Shown piece after piece: positions 31,333-50,875 of a DNA stretch of 64,000 bases (position 1 is its first letter; every line of letters starts with the position of its first letter). The position numbers and the translations under genes were made by a program. Source of the DNA: the human T2T-CHM13v2.0 reference genome, Homo sapiens; assembly GCF_009914755.1 (NCBI RefSeq), contig NC_060925.1. The stretch is one strand, 5' to 3'. The notes beneath the pieces were generated by a model that saw nothing but the letters and a program-made list of their open reading frames with translations, had not been told where the DNA came from and made no database searches.

Positions 31333-31634
31333 GGCCGGGCACAGTGGCTCGCGCCTGTAATCCCAGCACTGTGGGGGGCTGAGGCAGATGGATCACCTGA
31401 GGTTAGGAGTTCAAGACCAGCCTGGCCAACATGGCAAAACTCTGTCTCTACTAAAAATACAAAAATTAGCCGGGTGTGGTGGTGGGAGGTACTTGGGAGG
31501 TACTCAGCCAGCTACTTGGGAGGGTGAGGCAGGAGAATCACTTGAACCCTGAAGGAGGAGGCTGCAGTGAGCCAAGATCTAGCCACTGCACTCCAGCCTA
31601 GGCAACAGAGTGAGACTGTCTCAAAAAAAAAAAA

Positions 31635-31667
<33 letters not shown>

Positions 31668-31670
31668 GAG
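31333..31670 (+). mobile_element. AluSx-like with (TA)n(CA)n microsatellite tail
   Basis: Full Alu, TSD agccattca. Confidence 0.9.
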
Positions 31671-32112
31671 AGCCATTCAGTATAATGAAGCTATTAACAA
31701 AGAATGAGATATTATAAATGTATTAAATACATAGAAGTGAAAAAACAATACATATTTTAGTGAAAAAGCAATATGAAAAATCAGCCTTGTAATATGATTT
31801 CATTATAATAAAATTTTCTGTTGAGGATAAATAAGAAACCCTTACTAATGATCTACTTAAGACAGAAGGACTAGGGGTATTTGAGGGAGAAAAGGGAACT
31901 TGCATTTGTTCATTTTTTACTTTGTGTAGTACTTTACTAACAATTATAAAAATAGCCAAACAAGGATAACAACAATAGAAAAACTAATAAAACAATAGGC
32001 ATAAATCAGCACTGTCACAGATAAACTAAGATATACTGTTACCCTACTTATGAGACCTTATTATCTTCAGTTTATACATGAGAAAATTGAGCCTTAGAAA
32101 GGTTTAACTCTC

Positions 32113-32403
32113 AGCCCAGTGCAGTGGCTCACACCTGTAATCCCAGCACTATGGGAGGCTGAGGCAGGCAGATCACTTGAGCCTAGGAGTTTGAGACTAG
32201 CCTGAGCAATATAGTGAGACCCCATCTCTAAAGAAAATACAAAAATTAGCTGAGTGTGGTGGCATGTGCCTGTAGTCCCAGCTACTCCCAGGCTAAGGTG
32301 GGAGGATCCCTTGAGCCCAGGAGGCAGAGGTTGCAGTGAGCCAAGATCCTAACACTGCACTCCAGCCTGGACAACAGAGCAAGACTCTGCCTCAATAAAT
32401 AAA
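32113..32403 (+). mobile_element. AluJ/S
   Basis: Full Alu, TSD aaaggtttaactctca. Confidence 0.88.
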
Positions 32404-33665
32404 ATGTTTTTAAAAGGTTTTATAAAAAGGTTTAACTCTCAAGACAGTGAGTGTTTCTGTAAACTATACCGCATCTCCTCATGAAATGAGTAAGGACATC
32501 TGTTAATGAGCGAAGTCAGTACTCACTGAACAAATGTGAAGACAGAAGTAAAATTTACAGAACAGATTGAGAGCAGTAGTTCATTTGTTAATTTAGGAGG
32601 CTGTTGATAAACTAGCAAAGTCTGTAAATGATGAACTTGTAGAGTTATTGGTGATAAACTAGCAAAGTTTGTAAATGATAAATCTGTGAAATTATTGGAC
32701 AATTATTATATTATTATACCTTTCTGCCCAGGTATAGAAAAGAGAGGAGGCTTCCTAGCACCTTTGAGTAACCCGTATATCATTAATTATATATTTGACA
32801 TATGGCTTGAAACAGAATAAGGTAAATAAGTTGGACATAAACCTCTGAAAAAATTGTTTTAAAGCATCAACAATACACAAATAAAAAATAAGGAATTTTG
32901 CTGCTCATTTGTAATTTATTAAGCATCACTGGTAGGTCTTGTTTTCCAAAGTTGGATAAGTCATGGTCAGAAGGATTTTTAGAAATGTTTTTGTTTTTAA
33001 AAAGATCTGCTTATTCAAGAATAGAAATACAATTTCTATTTTAAAGTGAATTCTTCCTTAAAAGTTTCAATGCAGAATTTCTGTCTAAAAGATAAAAGTT
33101 TTCTCAAATAGTTTGAGGAGAGTACCTTTCAAATATGGAATCAGTCTTGCATCCCAACAATAAATCACACTTGGGCATGGTATATAATTCTTTTAAAATA
33201 TTGCTAAATTGTATTTGCTAATATTTTGTTAAGGATATTTGCATCTATATGCATGGGGACTACTTATCTTTTTTATAATTTTATTTTATTATTATTATAC
33301 TTTAAGTTTTAGGGTACATGTGCACAATGTGCAGGTTTGTTACACATGTATACATGTGCCATGTTGGTGTGCTGCACCCATTAACTCGTCATTTAGCATT
33401 AGGTATATCTCCTAATGCTATCCCTCCCCCCTCCCCCCACCCCACAACAGTCCTCCAGAGTGTGATGTTCCCCTTCCTGTGTCCATGTGTTCTCATTGTT
33501 CAATTCTCACCTATGAGTGAGAACATGCGGTGTTTGGTTTTTTGTCCTTGCGATAGTTTGCTGAGAATGATGGTTTCCAGTTTCATCCATGTCCCTACAA
33601 AGGACATGAACTCTTCACTTTTTATGGCTGCATAGTAATTCCATGGTGTATATGTCACACATTTT

Positions 33666-36626
<2,961 letters not shown>

Positions 36627-37149
36627 TTATCTTAAACTTTCTTTGTATGGTCCTTGTCAGGTTTTTCTATCAGCATAATACTGACCTCCAAAATGGGTCT
36701 TATACCGTAAGGTCCTGAGGTCCCTAGCTGGTCTACCTTATTCTCTCTACCTTTTGGGTTCTTCTAATGTTTGCTTTATATATAAATGTCCAGAATCTTC
36801 AGCTATACTTCACAGGAGAACAGGGAGAAGTGAGTCTATTCCATCTTGTCTCAGAAACAGAATATATAAATACTTGTTAATTGAATAAAATATTTGATTT
36901 TAAATTATACTGTTTTATTTTGAATTTTGCCACTTCCAGCTGTAATGAAAGCTAACCCAGTTATTCATCCTTTTCACAATTCTTCCCCAACATATCCAGC
37001 TTCATTGAAAAAAGTATAAACTTTAATTCAATTTTTTAAAAGTTCTAACTCTGAAACAGTAAACTGACTACAGTTGTTATTTCTGCTAAACAGAACATAA
37101 TTATTTACTCTTTTGTAATAACAGGATTTGTTGCTCTAGCTGCTGATGC

Positions 37150-37454
37150 TGTCACACCTTCAGGGTTTGCATCAGCTGAAGAAAGCCTACCAGTCCAAGG
37201 CCATGTCCTTCAGGGGTAGCCCATGTCCACTGACTAGTAGAGGCAGGTGTATAAAGGTCTAGACATTTTGATCCAATGTAGGACACTTCTCAAGAGCCAT
37301 TTCTGCTACAGAGCTCCCAGTGGAATCAACTGAGGCTGATGGGACAACTTTACAAATCCTATCTCCCTCCCTTCCCTTCTACAGGTAGGGATTTCTCAAA
37401 AGAAATCCCAAACAAATATCTGCACAATAAACTCAATCTCGGTATTTACTCCTT
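37150..37454 (+). mobile_element. LTR16C-like ERVL LTR
   Basis: cagagctcccagtggaatcaactgaggct...gagaaatccaaccagtgaca. Confidence 0.6.
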
Positions 37455-37619
37455 GAGAAATCCAACCAGTGACAGTAAGGCAATTCAGTCTTAGGGAAAT
37501 TAAAAGTAAAAACTAAGGTGTTGAATATAATGGACACTGGCACATATCCCAGTGATACATGTGACATTAAAGCTCCCAGATACTTTGTCAAACAGGATAT
37601 TACTATACAATAATTACCT

Positions 37620-38275
37620 CTGGGGGGATGCAGATAAAAAGGAACAATTATACACTATTAGTAGGAATGTAAATTAGTATAATCTTTATGGAAAACAGTA
37701 CGTCGATTTCTCAGAACTACCATTCCATCCAGCAATCCCACTACTAGGTATCTACCCAAAGGAAAAAAAATCATTATATCAAAAAGATACCTGTACTTAT
37801 ATGTTTATCACAGCACTATTCCCAATAGCAAAGTCACAGACTCAATCTTGCTGTCCATTAACGCAGGACTGAAGAAAATGTGATGTGTGTATACATATAT
37901 GTATGTATGTATGTATATATGTGTGTACATATACACATAAATAAATATATGAAATCTTATCTTCTGCAGCAAGATGAATGGAACTGGAGATCATTATCCC
38001 AAGTGAAAAAAACTCAGAAAGCCAAATACCACATGTTCTCATTTATAAGTGGAAGCTAAACCATGAGTACACATGGACATACAGAGTGGAATAATACATT
38101 GCAGACTACAAAAGGTGGGAGGGTGGGAAGGGGGTGAGGGCTGACAAGTTGCCTATTGGGTCCAATGTTCACTATTTGGGTGATGGGTTCACTAGATGGG
38201 TATTTCACCACAATGCAATATATGCATGTCAGCAATCTGCACCTGTATCTCCTAAATATATAAAAACAAAAAAAA
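37620..38275 (+). mobile_element. L1PB/L1MA-like 3' end
   Basis: ccagcaatcccactactaggtatctacccaaagg...A-rich tail. Confidence 0.8.
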
Positions 38276-39484
38276 TGTTTAATGAAGAAATAGTATTTTA
38301 AAAGTAATAATGACCTCTGGGAGTTAGAGAAAGGATGGACTTGGGTGGTGAAAGAACACTTTGGCTTTATCTGTAATATGCTATTATTTGTTTTACAGAG
38401 AATATATTTGTGCTTCACTTCTGAGGGTTTTTGTTTGTTTGTTTTTTTTAGTTTAAAAAAAAAAACTAAAAGCAAAAACTTGGCCAAAATGTTATTAGTT
38501 CTGGGTAACAGAACAAAAGTGATTATTAGTTTCTTCTTTGTGTTTTCAAATTTCTCCAAATAAATAAATAATGAAGTATTTACTTTCACTGCCACCATAT
38601 CTGTCATCATGGAAACACTTTTTGCTTTTCCCTGTATGTTTGTTCATCTTTGGGTTGCTACAAGTACTGACAGATAAAGATTTCTAAAGGCGAATTTGTC
38701 ATTATTTTCTTACTAATCTTACTAACTTCCAGGGCTATTACTCAGCCTGCTCGTCAGTATCACCTTTTACCAGTTAAAATACTGACAGAATTCTACACCA
38801 GTTAAGTTCTGCTTCCCTGAAGCCCCAGAATGCCTATCCCATTCAACCCTTCACCATGATACAGCACAGCAGCGGACCCCCCAGAAGTCCACTCCAAATC
38901 TATGTGTGACAGCAGTTCTGACCAGGCCATACCAGCTGCTGGATATTTTTAACATCACTCCAGTCAATCCTTCCCTCAAATCTACATAAAAATGCAGGCA
39001 GTTCTTCCATTACTAGATTTTACTACAACTCCTGTAATATAAAACAAAATACAAAGTGACTGCATAATCAGCATTAAACAGAATTTCTAGAGGGCATGTT
39101 CAAAACTCCTGCTGACTTTTGCTTGTAGCAGAATACAGATAAATACAGAATAATATAAACAAGTTACGTCACGTTAGAAATCAACCATTACAAAATGTCT
39201 TTCTATAGAAGAAAGTAGTTTGCAGACATCCTTTAAATATAGCTGCATAAGCCCCCCATTACAAGGGTTTCCATTTAGTATTCCACTAATATTAAATTAG
39301 CATTATGGATTGTAACCTTTATCATAATTATATCACAATTGTGTTGAATTTGTCTTTTATGCCTTAAAAAATGTCACCACAGACAAAATGTTACCAAGTA
39401 ATATTTAATGAGCTCTATGGAATTTTATAATTCCTGAAAAATATTTCTAAAATATTTATATATTCCAATACATAAGACTCTTAC

Positions 39485-39568
39485 CTCAGCTCTTTTCAGC
39501 ATTTCCCATTTATTCAATATTTTCATGGCAAACACTTTATCTGCATTTTTTAGTTTTACTACAGCAAC
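39485..39568 (-). CDS. CDC42BPA: CDC42BPA (MRCK-alpha) internal coding exon, probably exon 3; kinase subdomains I-III including the catalytic lysine (AMK)
   Basis: Reverse complement reads ttttctag|GTT...GAG|gtaaga. 84 nt, phase 0/0, translating [28 protein letters not shown], matching MRCK-alpha as recalled. Confidence 0.97.
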
Positions 39569-39761
39569 CTAGAAAAGATAAAGGAAATATAAATTTTAAA
39601 ATAATGACAAATAATTTTTTCAGCCATCCATTTTCCTTTTTCCTCTGTAAAAAAATAAATACCAATTATCAATTATGTCAATGCAGTTCAAATTCTAAGA
39701 TCCTAAATTAAATAATGTTGCCAGATGAAAAAGTTAGTGAACATGTGCCAAACTAATAACT

Positions 39762-39839
39762 GTATTTGTGAATGCTGTATTAGTTGGTATTTGTGAACGC
39801 TGTATTAGTTGGTATTTTTGAACACTGTATTAGTTGGTA
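39762..39839. repeat. 25-bp minisatellite, about 3 copies
   Basis: gtatttgtgaatgctgtattagttg repeated three times with few substitutions. Confidence 0.9.
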
Positions 39840-41619
39840 ATTACACATTAATCCCCCTTTCCAACTTTTCTGCCCTGGAATTCAAACTCAATATCTACTA
39901 TCACTAAGAAACTGAACAAAATGCTCAACAGGAAAGAACTAGAGCTTATTAAATAATGCATGCAAAATTCCAACACCATGTTACAAGGAAGGCCAGCTGC
40001 CAAAACAAATATGTTTTGTGAGGATCAAACAATATGAAATAAACTGAAAACGATCCTATTTTTCATATCACATACTCTTACATACTATACCATAACCCCC
40101 AAACCACATACACACATATACATACGCATAGAGAGCAATTAAAACTAACGATTTTACAAAAACTAAACTTTACACATCCCTTCCAAAAAGAAAAAAAAAG
40201 GAACATCTATTTCTGTATTTTATATTTCAATTGCAGATCAAAAACTATCAAATACAATAAATAAAATCCCTTTCTCACTCTCAACAAATTGATTACATTT
40301 CTATCTCTCTGCTTCAGTTTAACCAGATAATCTGTAAGACCACTTCCAGGCCATTGGACTTGCCATAGGCCACAGGCTAGCCCACAAAAGAGGAAAACAA
40401 AGGTTGAACGAGGATGTTTCCAGTTACTGGGGGTTGGTGGGGAGGAAGAGAAATGCTACTCTAATATGCAGAAAGGGAGGTCAAACTATATACAGCAGAT
40501 CTTCAAACTGCTGTTCAACGGGATATTTCCAAAAACAGAGTATAGGTTTAAATTCAAGTGCAAAAAAAAAAAAACTTAATAGCAAATGTGCATATCAAGG
40601 TTATTTAATAAATTTATATTTGGATCAGACTGCAATAAAAGTAACATGACCATATAATTACAGTAAGTGTATACATACTAAATATTTCTTGGTAATTGTT
40701 ATAAGTGGTTATAATGACTGTGATTATAGTTTTTCATCAATTAAAATGGATGAGAAAGAAAAGGAAGTATCTCAATTTCAAACAATTAAATTGTTCTCCC
40801 AATGGGCTCATAAAGAGGGCTGTAATAAAGAATAAGGAAAAACTTGAAACGTTGTTTCACTAAGATCTCTGAAGCGGTGAACACACCACGTGAGCTATTG
40901 CTTAGACTCTAAAATCAAACCCTGCACAACTGGGAGTGCACATGGATAGAGGGACAGGAGCACTAAGCTATACAAGACTCAATTTAGGGCGGGGAAAACA
41001 CACAGAACACTATGACTTACACCCTCTTATTCTGATTGAGGGAAGAATAGCTGAAAGACTCCAAAACTTAGGTGTCTTCCCCTCCCAAGGTCACAGTGTG
41101 AGAAAAGTACTAACAGTACTCTACAATTCACCAGTTTTCTGTAAGTATGTATCTGATGATAACTACTAATAACAGTAGTGGTAGTAGTAGTACCCACCCA
41201 ATACTACTAGTATAAATCTAGTAGAAGGAGGAGTGTGTTCTAAATGCCAGGCACTATGGTAAGAGTTTTATACAGGTCCATAATCCCTTATCTGCAATTC
41301 TCAAAGACAAAAGGTTTTCATAACTCATTTGGCAGCATGTAGTGACATCAGGCTATTAATATTCTTGCTTTTTAATCTCACTTAGTATAAAAACAAACAT
41401 GCTTCACTGAAGAAACGTGAATGTATCTGTTTATGAAGGGCTGCTCCAAACCCCAATGAGAATGTTACATAAAATAGAGTATACAAACTAAATTATCTTT
41501 CTAAAATCCAAAAATATTGGAACCAAAACCACCTCTGGAATATGCAACTGTGCAGTAGGAATAATGATGACGCCTAATATTTATTGAACACTCAAACACT
41601 TAGCTAGCATTTATTGTGG

Positions 41620-42007
41620 CTGTTTTGGGGAGTGGTGATAGCATGGATTCTGAAGCCAGACTACTTGGGTTTGAATCCTAGTTTTGTCCTTAGCTGTATA
41701 ACTCTAGGCAAAAAACTTAACCTTTCAATACTTCAGTGTCCTTGTCATGATCATGGGGTTAATAACAATACTTATATCATTGTGGTAAAGATTTGAAAAA
41801 TTAATACAAGTATAATCCTTGTACTCGGGATTATTGACCACTAACTATTGAGGTATTGTGGTGTAACTGATCAGGGACAAAATGAGACCCATTCTACACA
41901 CCTGTGCAGTCATCAGGGATGCCATGCTGCCACAGGGTGAAAAATAATTTCAAGTTTTTCAAGGGTCTGGTGCTTAGTAAGCATTCAATAAGTGTTAGCT
42001 ATGATTA
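41620..42007 (+). mobile_element. MIR interrupted by a ~135-bp unidentified element
   Basis: ggattctgaagccagactacttgggtttgaatcctag...ggtctggtgcttagtaagcattcaataagtgttagctat. Confidence 0.7.
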
Positions 42008-42772
42008 TGTGCCAGGCATTGCACTAAGCACATTACAGCCCAATCTCTTCACTGCCAACTCTACCTCTAATATGTGGCAAAGAATATAACTCTCAATTTC
42101 TTCAGTTTAACTACCAAAATAAAAAAATCTTTCATCTCTTTAATTTCTAACTTTCTGTAATTTTAGACTTATGACAAATATATTCACATAGAAATATGGA
42201 TAGAAATACCCTCAACTGAATATATCTATATACAAATAAAAACTAAGCCACAATATTCACCACAGTGTGGTTTTCAATAGTAAAATATTGAAATGAACTT
42301 AAATATTCTACATGATCAATTTGACTAAATATGGTATCTCACAGTATGACAGAAAAATTACTCATACACTTGAAAAAATTACTGAGGAATGTTAATACGG
42401 AAAAGTTCACAGTATAATGTTAAACAAATAAGTTTATTAAAGTATGTACACTGTGACTTTTTCTCTCTCTCTATATATATATACACACACACACACATAA
42501 AATATGTACCATAAATTTCTATGCTTTATCAAAAGATCAGGTATTTCTAAGTGATGCAATTTCTACTTGCTTTTCTACATTTTCTATATAAAACACATAA
42601 AATTTGAAGCATGGAATGAGGTAGTATGGGATACCACACATCACATCCTGGTCATGAAATGACCGCTAATTATCAAGGTATTGTGGTATAACTGATCATG
42701 GCTAAAATGAGACTACACATGTATGTGGTTATCAGGAATGCCATGCTGCTGCAGGGTGGAAAACATTTTCAA
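41835..42772. repeat. Two diverged direct copies (41835-41953, 42660-42772) of an unidentified ~115-bp element
   Basis: Manual alignment gives about 20 mismatches over 113 aligned nt plus one 6-nt gap. Confidence 0.85.
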
Positions 42773-43479
42773 ACCTATCTTATAACAGTTTCATGAGCTA
42801 CCTAAAATCTTTTCTGGAATAAGGTGAGTGTGGTGAAATAAAAGTCAGTTCAGGAAATATTCTTGAATTATTGAATTGATAAATGATGAGAAAAGAATAT
42901 GAGGCTTACAAAGTAATACAATAAAATCAAACTGATCTTGCTTTTCTCCTTTAACACTGCAAGTCATACTGATATTCATTTCAGTAGCTAAAAATCAAGA
43001 AGAGGAGGATTCTCTTAGAACTCTAACCTCAGGTCCTGTATTTTCAAGAACCACAGCTTAACATATAACAGTGTAGTCTGTTAAAATGTCCTTTCTTGTT
43101 TAGCTTGATCAAAATTAAAAGTACATTTAGTATGAACTGCAAGACTATAGTTTAACACAGAACAAAGATATATTTTTAAAAACACTAGCAATGTCTTGAA
43201 AGACTTCATAGTAAAAACATGATGTTAGAAAACCTGTAATAATAATTCAAGAATTATTTCTGTAAACACTACAGAAATAATCACTAAGTGACAAATGTAT
43301 ACAAATCAGTTCTTAAACACAATGTATTATCATTTGAAGCTACAAACTAGTTACAAATTGCAGTTACAGAATGCTGTAACAGTATTTTATGTTCATTCTT
43401 AAGTTACAGGTTGTAGAATACAGAAACAGTTGCCACGGAGTTCTATAAATCTAGTCTTCCTGCATATAGCAAGAATTCA

Positions 43480-44440
<961 letters not shown>

Positions 44441-46631
44441 ACTGGTAATCTATGTGGGTGTATATACATGCAAAGTTTACAGCATCAATATTCTCAGCTG
44501 CAAGTATACAACTAAACTGACACTAAAACTCAAAAATAAGGTATTATGACAAAAGAGATACAACTGTGTATTTTGTGATTTATTAAACATCTATCAGCTT
44601 ATTCCAGCTCACTCTGCTCTCTTAACAGGCATCGAAGTCCTGACTTCACAACTTGGCCTTTAATATCTTTTGTCTGTTGCTGCTCATTACTTATTGTCTT
44701 TTTCACCTTTTAATTTCCCCTACATATCATCTACTATCATTTATGATTAATAATAATAACAAAAAATAACTCTTATTTATAAAAAGCTTATTCTGTGCCT
44801 AGCACTGGGCTAAGCATATTACATATATTACCCCTCATTTAATCCTTACACCAATCTAAAGCAGATTCTACAATCCCCACTTAAATTAGTAAACTAATGT
44901 TTGGAGAAGTTAATTAACTTACTCATAGTGACAAAATTAATAAGTAATAGAACCAGAATATGTACCTGGCTGTCTGATAAGAGAGCTAGTATACTTTACT
45001 ACTCCAAGTACTGAATAGTTATATAAGTACTGAAGAGCTCTTCCCATTCATCATACCTATAATTCTGATACCTATTGACACATGTTAATGGTGATCATTA
45101 CAAAATGTATAGAAATCACTGTATCTGCATTTTTAAAAACTGTTCTGTGAGCGACCAATTTGTGTTCAAAATATTTATTAAAAATGGGGGAGGGAACTAA
45201 ATATTATCTTTAATAAGCAAACTAAAAACACTACAAAGAGTTTATTAAACCAGCTAGAGATATCCTTTCTATGGAGACACAATTTATATATTCAGTAGCA
45301 ATAGTCAAAATACTTTAAAATTGGGACAGCATGGGCATCAACCAATCAGAACAAACACTGGCTATAAAATACAGTATGCCCACACCAGTTTGCCCCTACA
45401 GACTGAAGACTAGCACCATCAAAGGTGAATCATGCAATATAACTTCTTACTCTCCCATGAATGCCAGGAGGGCCAAAGTAAAAGATCTTTTAAAGAAGAA
45501 TGAATGGCTAAAGGTAATTCTCCTTTCAGACCCTAGAACTGGATTATGCAGACACGTAAGGGCCTAGTTATAGTAATTAGAGGAAGCAAGCTAATTAAAA
45601 GCTTTTGACACCTGAAGCAGGGGTAGCAGGCCAAAGCAGCAAGCTTTCACAACAAGCTCTGAAGCCCAGAAGCCTTGAAGCTGCCGGAGCAAGGCTGGAG
45701 CAGGCAGAAGCGGTGAGCCACCAGGAAACTGTTGACAGGCAACACCCAGGGCGTAAGTTAAAGGTTTTCCTGAAAGCAAAAAGGAAAACCCAGCGTTAAG
45801 TTAAGCAGTAACTAACACAATTGAGTTGTAGAGAGAAGGTTCGTAACTCACTGAGCTGCTGAATTTCAATTATATCTTGCTCACTGTTTCCCATGATTTA
45901 TGCATTTCTTATAAGAGTTACATAAATGATGCGTTTATTTTCATGTTTTTTTTTAAGAAAGAGCATAACTGATAGAAATGCTCCTATCAAATATTCATGC
46001 AGAGGTGAGCCTACCCACTGGGCCTATATATCTATTGACAAATTCCTGGTAGAAGACAAAACATCTTGGAGGAAATGATTATCTCTCTAGGGTCTCTTCA
46101 TTTCTAAACCTACTAGTTCATAAACACTACAGGGTATGTAAGCCCAGCAGAGATATTTTCATCAGGAATGAATAAGCAGTAAAGCTCATAATCCAGCCAA
46201 TACTACCTTTCTATACAAAATCAATTCTGTCTTGAAATAACAGAGTTAATTACCAGCAACCTGTTGCTTTTATTTTACATATTTTAATCAGTACACACAT
46301 ACAGCAAGAACACACCAAAAAAAAATTTAAAAAGACACCTCACACTAAATCTCAAATATTATCAGTCATGCGTCAAGTGCTCTGACTTGATCCTGGAGGT
46401 TTAAATGGCACTGACCTGTGACCAGGCAGGACTTGACAGACTGCTGGACTGCTCTCTGCTGCCACCAACTCCCCAGCCCTGTACCCCATTCTTTAATTCT
46501 TCCAAGTATCAGGACAGTAGAGCAAATTTGGCTGTCCTTAAGTAACTGCCTTACATATCCTAATGAGCAACTACAAGTAATTTTTCAAATCCCTTTTTTT
46601 CTTCAGTCTCTTTAATGAAAAAAAGTCATGT

Positions 46632-46673
<42 letters not shown>

Positions 46674-46760
46674 TACATATATGGATATATATAAAATAAG
46701 GTTATATATAAGGAAATATATATTATGTAAGGAATAATATATATAAGAATATATATATAC
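46632..46760. repeat. (TA)n(CA)n microsatellite and AT-rich low complexity
   Basis: Seen directly. Confidence 0.9.
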
Positions 46761-48024
46761 TTTGTCTTTTTATTATTGCTTTTTATTTCCATAGCTCAAT
46801 CTCAGCTGAACCCTCAAATCTACCTGCAGTCCTAACATTAATTCTATCACTCTCAACAGAACTTTACTAATCTTCCAAAATGTCCTGTGCCACCCTGCCA
46901 CCACAAACTATCCCATTCCTGTCCTATCTACTCTTCACCAGCAATTAATGACCTGGTTGCCTACTTTATAGATAACAGACCTTTTACATTCCCTCATGCC
47001 AACTCTAAATGTTTTTGCGCTTCATACCTCTTTTCCTTTTGAACCCTACCACTTTTCAGGGCTAACAGTATCATTTGACATCTTGATCCCAAACCCTCTC
47101 CTTCCTTCCCTTCCTGTCCTTATTCCATTAAAAATTTCTTTCCTGCTTTCAATCCCCCTTTCTCCTGGATATCAATTGAAAAACTTTTCCAAGACCATTC
47201 CCCATCCAAGAACAAAAATATGAACAAAAACGTCACCCCCATTTTACCTTTTCCTCAAGGAACTGATACCACATCCCTTTCCACAACACATTTCTCCAAA
47301 AAGCACATTTTGAAAGAGTAGTACATGCTTGCTTTTTCCACTTGCTCATCATTTGTTTGCTTCTCAACCTCTTTCAAACACCTATTTCAATCTAATTTCT
47401 ATTTCACTCTACTAGACTGAAACTATTCTCTCAAAGTTCAATAACAACTGTCTAATTTCCAAATAAATTGTTCTCAATTCTCATCTGCTTTACCCTTTCT
47501 TCATTACTGGACACTGCTGACAATTAATATACTTCTCTAATCTTTCTTTTGCTGTAACCTGTTAAATATTGTTCCCCAAGGATCTCTACTCCACCTTTTT
47601 TACATCTCCTCTCCTTCCTGACTTATATTATCTATTCCAAAGCCTCAGTTAATACCAATATGCTGGCAACTCCTAAATCCCTATCTCTTACTATCTATAC
47701 CCTTATTTGTAGTTGCCTACTGGTCATCTCTCTAGCATGTTCAGCAAATGTCTTAAATTTAAGAAGTCAACAATCTGTATACCAAACTCACTCAAGTTGC
47801 AAATCTCATCATCTATAAATTACATACCTTTAACTTATCACTAACATCCAAAGTTGACTTTTTTGAATGTTTCTCCCACCCACCCTCCCTTCCCACTACC
47901 CCTGGCCTAGTTCAAGACCTCATTATTTCAACAGAAAAATAATAGGCTTTTTTTTTTTTTTACCACATTACTATATGCTATACATTATGCTAACTGCTGA
48001 GAACACAAAGCTGAATAAAAAGTT

Positions 48025-49276
<1,252 letters not shown>

Positions 49277-50056
49277 AGTTCCTGCCCCCCAAATTCTCAC
49301 AGTCCATTGTGCAAAACACACCTAAACAGTAGTACACAGACAGTACCATAACAGTACTACAGGGAAAGGAGAGATAAAAATCAGGGTCCTATAAAAAGTA
49401 AAGAAGAGAGATCCTTGACCCCAAAGTGGGAGTAGAGGAGGAAAGTGTATAGTATGTGAATACGTATGTTAAAAGTTTTTTTAAATGAAGTGGCTGACAC
49501 CTGAGTCTTACACAGTGAACTCCAGAAAAAAGGGGACTGAAATGGATGTGACTGAGGATGGGATAGTTTGGGAAGTAGGGACAGCATAAGCAAGGCACAC
49601 AGGCAGGAAATATGTGTGGGGGAGAAGATACACAGGACAATAAGCAGCTTCCTTTCCTAGGAACATAAAGAGCACAACAGGGAGTAGCAAGAAATGGTGC
49701 TGAAGGGTCCAAAGAGCAGAGAAGCTGTATGTCATGTTAATAAACTAGAACCTTAAAAATACAGATAACAGGGGAACCATTCTGCGCAGATAGTTTTAGC
49801 TAGATCACTCTAGCAGCTCTGTGGAGAATGGTTTTAAGGCAGGGAAAGACATTGGAAAGTTATAGCAGTAATTGAGGTGAGAGGATCTAACTAAGAAAAA
49901 GAGGAAGAAACTGAAGAAATACTGAGTCAGTGACTGGTGAGATATGGAGACTAGAGAGTGAGAAATCTAGCACCTCCCTTTGTCCCCTTCTCTAACCAAT
50001 CCTTGCTCAGCACTATCACTATTACCTTTCTAGAAGAGTTCTAACTATACCACTAC

Positions 50057-50428
50057 AGATGATGTCCAACTTACAATAGTTCAACTGATGATTTTTCAAT
50101 TTTTCAACTTTACAGATGGTGCAAAAACAACATGAATTCAATAGAAAGCCATATGAGACTCTTTCAGGATGCTGGTCAGTTGCAGCGAGCCACAGCTCTC
50201 ACGCAGTCATGAGGGCAAACAACCGACACTCTACACTGTACAGTATTGCTAGATGATTGTGCCCCACTGTAGGCTAATAACATAAGTGTTCTGAGCACGT
50301 TTAAGGTAGGCTAGGCTACGGTAGGTAGGCTATGATGGTTAGGTATATTAAATGCATCTTCAAGACTTATTTTTAATTTACAGTGGGTTCACTGGGACAT
50401 AACACTTTCAAAAGACAGGTGGCATCTG
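50057..50428. mobile_element. MER47B-like Tigger MITE
   Basis: ta|cagatgatgtccaacttac...gcatctg|ta with internal gtgttctgagcacgtttaaggtaggctaggct. Confidence 0.8.
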
Positions 50429-50501
50429 TACTCTGCTTTTTTGTATTTTGTTTTTATTTATTTTATGAAGTTTTTGTATTCTGCTTATTAATAGTTTATA
50501 G

Positions 50502-50875
<374 letters not shown>

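Noticed and set aside
39762-39839. CRISPR-like array
   Set aside because: Head-to-tail repeats without spacers in primate intronic DNA.
42617-42626. TGAGGTAGTA matching the let-7 5' end
   Set aside because: Only 10 nt match, and there is no let-7 hairpin or remainder of the mature sequence.
45331-45830. Unique-looking stretch with overlapping short ORFs
   Set aside because: No recognisable homology or convincing splice-site pair; cannot support a call without conservation data.
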